Shown here: positions 62,354 through 64,000 of the stretch, piece after piece
Numbering within the stretch: the first letter of the stretch is position 1
Layout of the letters: the number at the start of each line of letters is the position of its first letter
Assembly: GCA_965285935.1 (NCBI GenBank)
Contig: OZ260667.1
Location: 23,684,001-23,748,000, forward strand
From: Ophelia neglecta
Taxonomy: Eukaryota
Length of the DNA stretch: 64,000 bases
Reading direction: 5' to 3'
The notes under the pieces: model-generated
What the model saw: only the letters and a program-made list of their open reading frames with translations
The model's database searches: none
Told to the model about the DNA's origin: nothing
Made by a program: the position numbers and the translations under genes

Positions 62354-64000
62354 CTTCAAGGAAGTGTCGTAACGCCGGCTCGCCTGTCGGCATGTCGTTG
62401 CCTGCGTGATGCATTGTGGATGGCAATGCATGAAACAAAGTATTTTGAGATGTTTCTTTTGACTCTTTATATCTTAATTGTCTTCCCACTTTCAGTAACG
62501 CATACGACGTTGACCTTTTGCTCTTTGGTCTTCTCAACAAAGTCATAACCATGCCATTGCTGATGAAGCTGATGGCCACATCAGGGTGTTTCGTGCCGCG
62601 TCTAAGACCGGCTAAATCCAGGAGGCAACACTTAGCGGCGATTTGCATGTGAGGCGAGCTAGCCTATCTAAATACATGCATGTTGGACGGGAGGGAGATT
62701 TGGTTGGAAGCTGATGGGATGGGGAGTTGGTAGGCTGCAGTGGCCTATAATCCTCGCCGAGACCCCGTGCCAACTCGGTAGGGATTACGCCCGTCTCACC
62801 TCCTCACAAGGGGCGCACCCGCACAAATAAATATGTTCAAGTCGGGCCGAATTATAGCAGAAATATGAGTAAACGCCACCAATTCCCCGCTGGGAGTACT
62901 AGTTTGTCAATTTGCGTGGCGGTTGTGTGCTAAGGGATGAGTCAAGGATGGTTTAAAGCTCCGGTTGACCTCTAATGGGTTGCTAAGGGCAGAGCGGCTA
63001 AGTCGACCGAGCATAACAGTTCCCTTGCTTGCCTGCAAATCAAGACATCAATAACTTTGCCAAGGTGCTAAAGCCGGCTGCATATTACCCTACCGGCCAT
63101 GGTGGGACGGCCAAGCGCTGCTTTGATCAGAACATGTAGCCAGGATGCTTATAAGGACCGATAGAGGAAGGATGTCATGTTGCCTTCCTTTGGCTACCAC
63201 GCCACCTGTAAAGCCAAGCTATTCCATGTAAAATCAGCCCTGCTGTGAGGGCGTGTATAAGGCCAGCCTAAGTGACTGGTGAACTCTAAAGGAAGTTCTC
63301 TCACTTCGCCAAATATCAAATAGTCTATACCATCTAAAGTATATCAAACATTCAATAGAACGTTGAGGTTAACATCAATAATATTCGGATGAGACCGGAA
63401 AGAATGCAAACCTCAGACTCTGTTTGCACGATGGGTGACAGATTTCTAAGCCATTCCACAAATACATATTTATTTTACACACTTGAGTGAAAATGTAGTT
63501 CTCATTATATTTTTTTATGAGAAATGACTTGACGACGACCGTGGACACATTTTACAAGATGTTCTTTTTATAAACACGTGATAATTTATGTACTACGAAT
63601 TAAAACAGCCTGGTGCCAATGAAAATTCCCAGTGTTTTCCGAGCATGGCAAAACAAAGACGACGTCAAAACAAACCCAGCACAAACCGCAAAATGTCTGG
63701 TGTGAAGCAGGAGAGACACATTAGTATGCAAAGCACGAGGCTTCCCTCGGAGGGGAACACAAGTGTCGGAGACGGCGGACAACCCCCGATAGAAGGCAAT
63801 AAACAGCCACAAATACTCCCCACCCACCTCGTCAACCCCACGGCAAAGGCGAGGGTGTCTCCGGCGAGATCCCCGTGACCGGGGAGCTCACCCCGAAACG
63901 TAAAAAACCGGGACGTCAGTTTCTAGCACGCCGTATATCAGCCGAGGGTGACAGGGGACATGACATTCAGTCAGACGGATTGCTTTTAAATAAACTGCAC

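Noticed and set aside
49786-64000. Upstream Lhx1/5 exons (LIM domains, homeodomain helices 1-2) or other genes among the short ORFs
   Set aside because: No KRRGPRTTIK...MRVIQ or LIM Cys/His pattern was found. The ORFs are short, overlap on both strands and lack recognisable homology.

Overview
Eukaryotic (marine invertebrate-like, probably spiralian; species not determinable) genomic DNA, mostly non-coding. The only supported protein-coding gene is the 3' half of a LIM-homeobox Lhx1/5 (Lim1) gene on the minus strand. It has three coding exons (49785-49620, 39174-39034, 31286-31090) separated by long introns, and its upstream exons lie beyond position 64000. The downstream 28 kb holds a 51-bp minisatellite, two 5'-truncated L2/Crack-like LINE ends, a TA-flanked MITE and microsatellites. 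The main unexplained signal is about 30 GC-rich islands of 60-500 nt with no obvious sequence similarity to each other. They occur across the whole window, inside and outside the gene, and each is built from nested 6-13 bp inverted repeats that fold into multibranch structures. Their non-Watson-Crick pairs are almost always G-T on the PLUS strand (antisense to Lhx1/5), and their loops are often only 0-3 nt. A dispersed 10-mer, TGTCGTCTGC, is also strongly over-represented. All folding and motif counts were done by eye and need computational confirmation.
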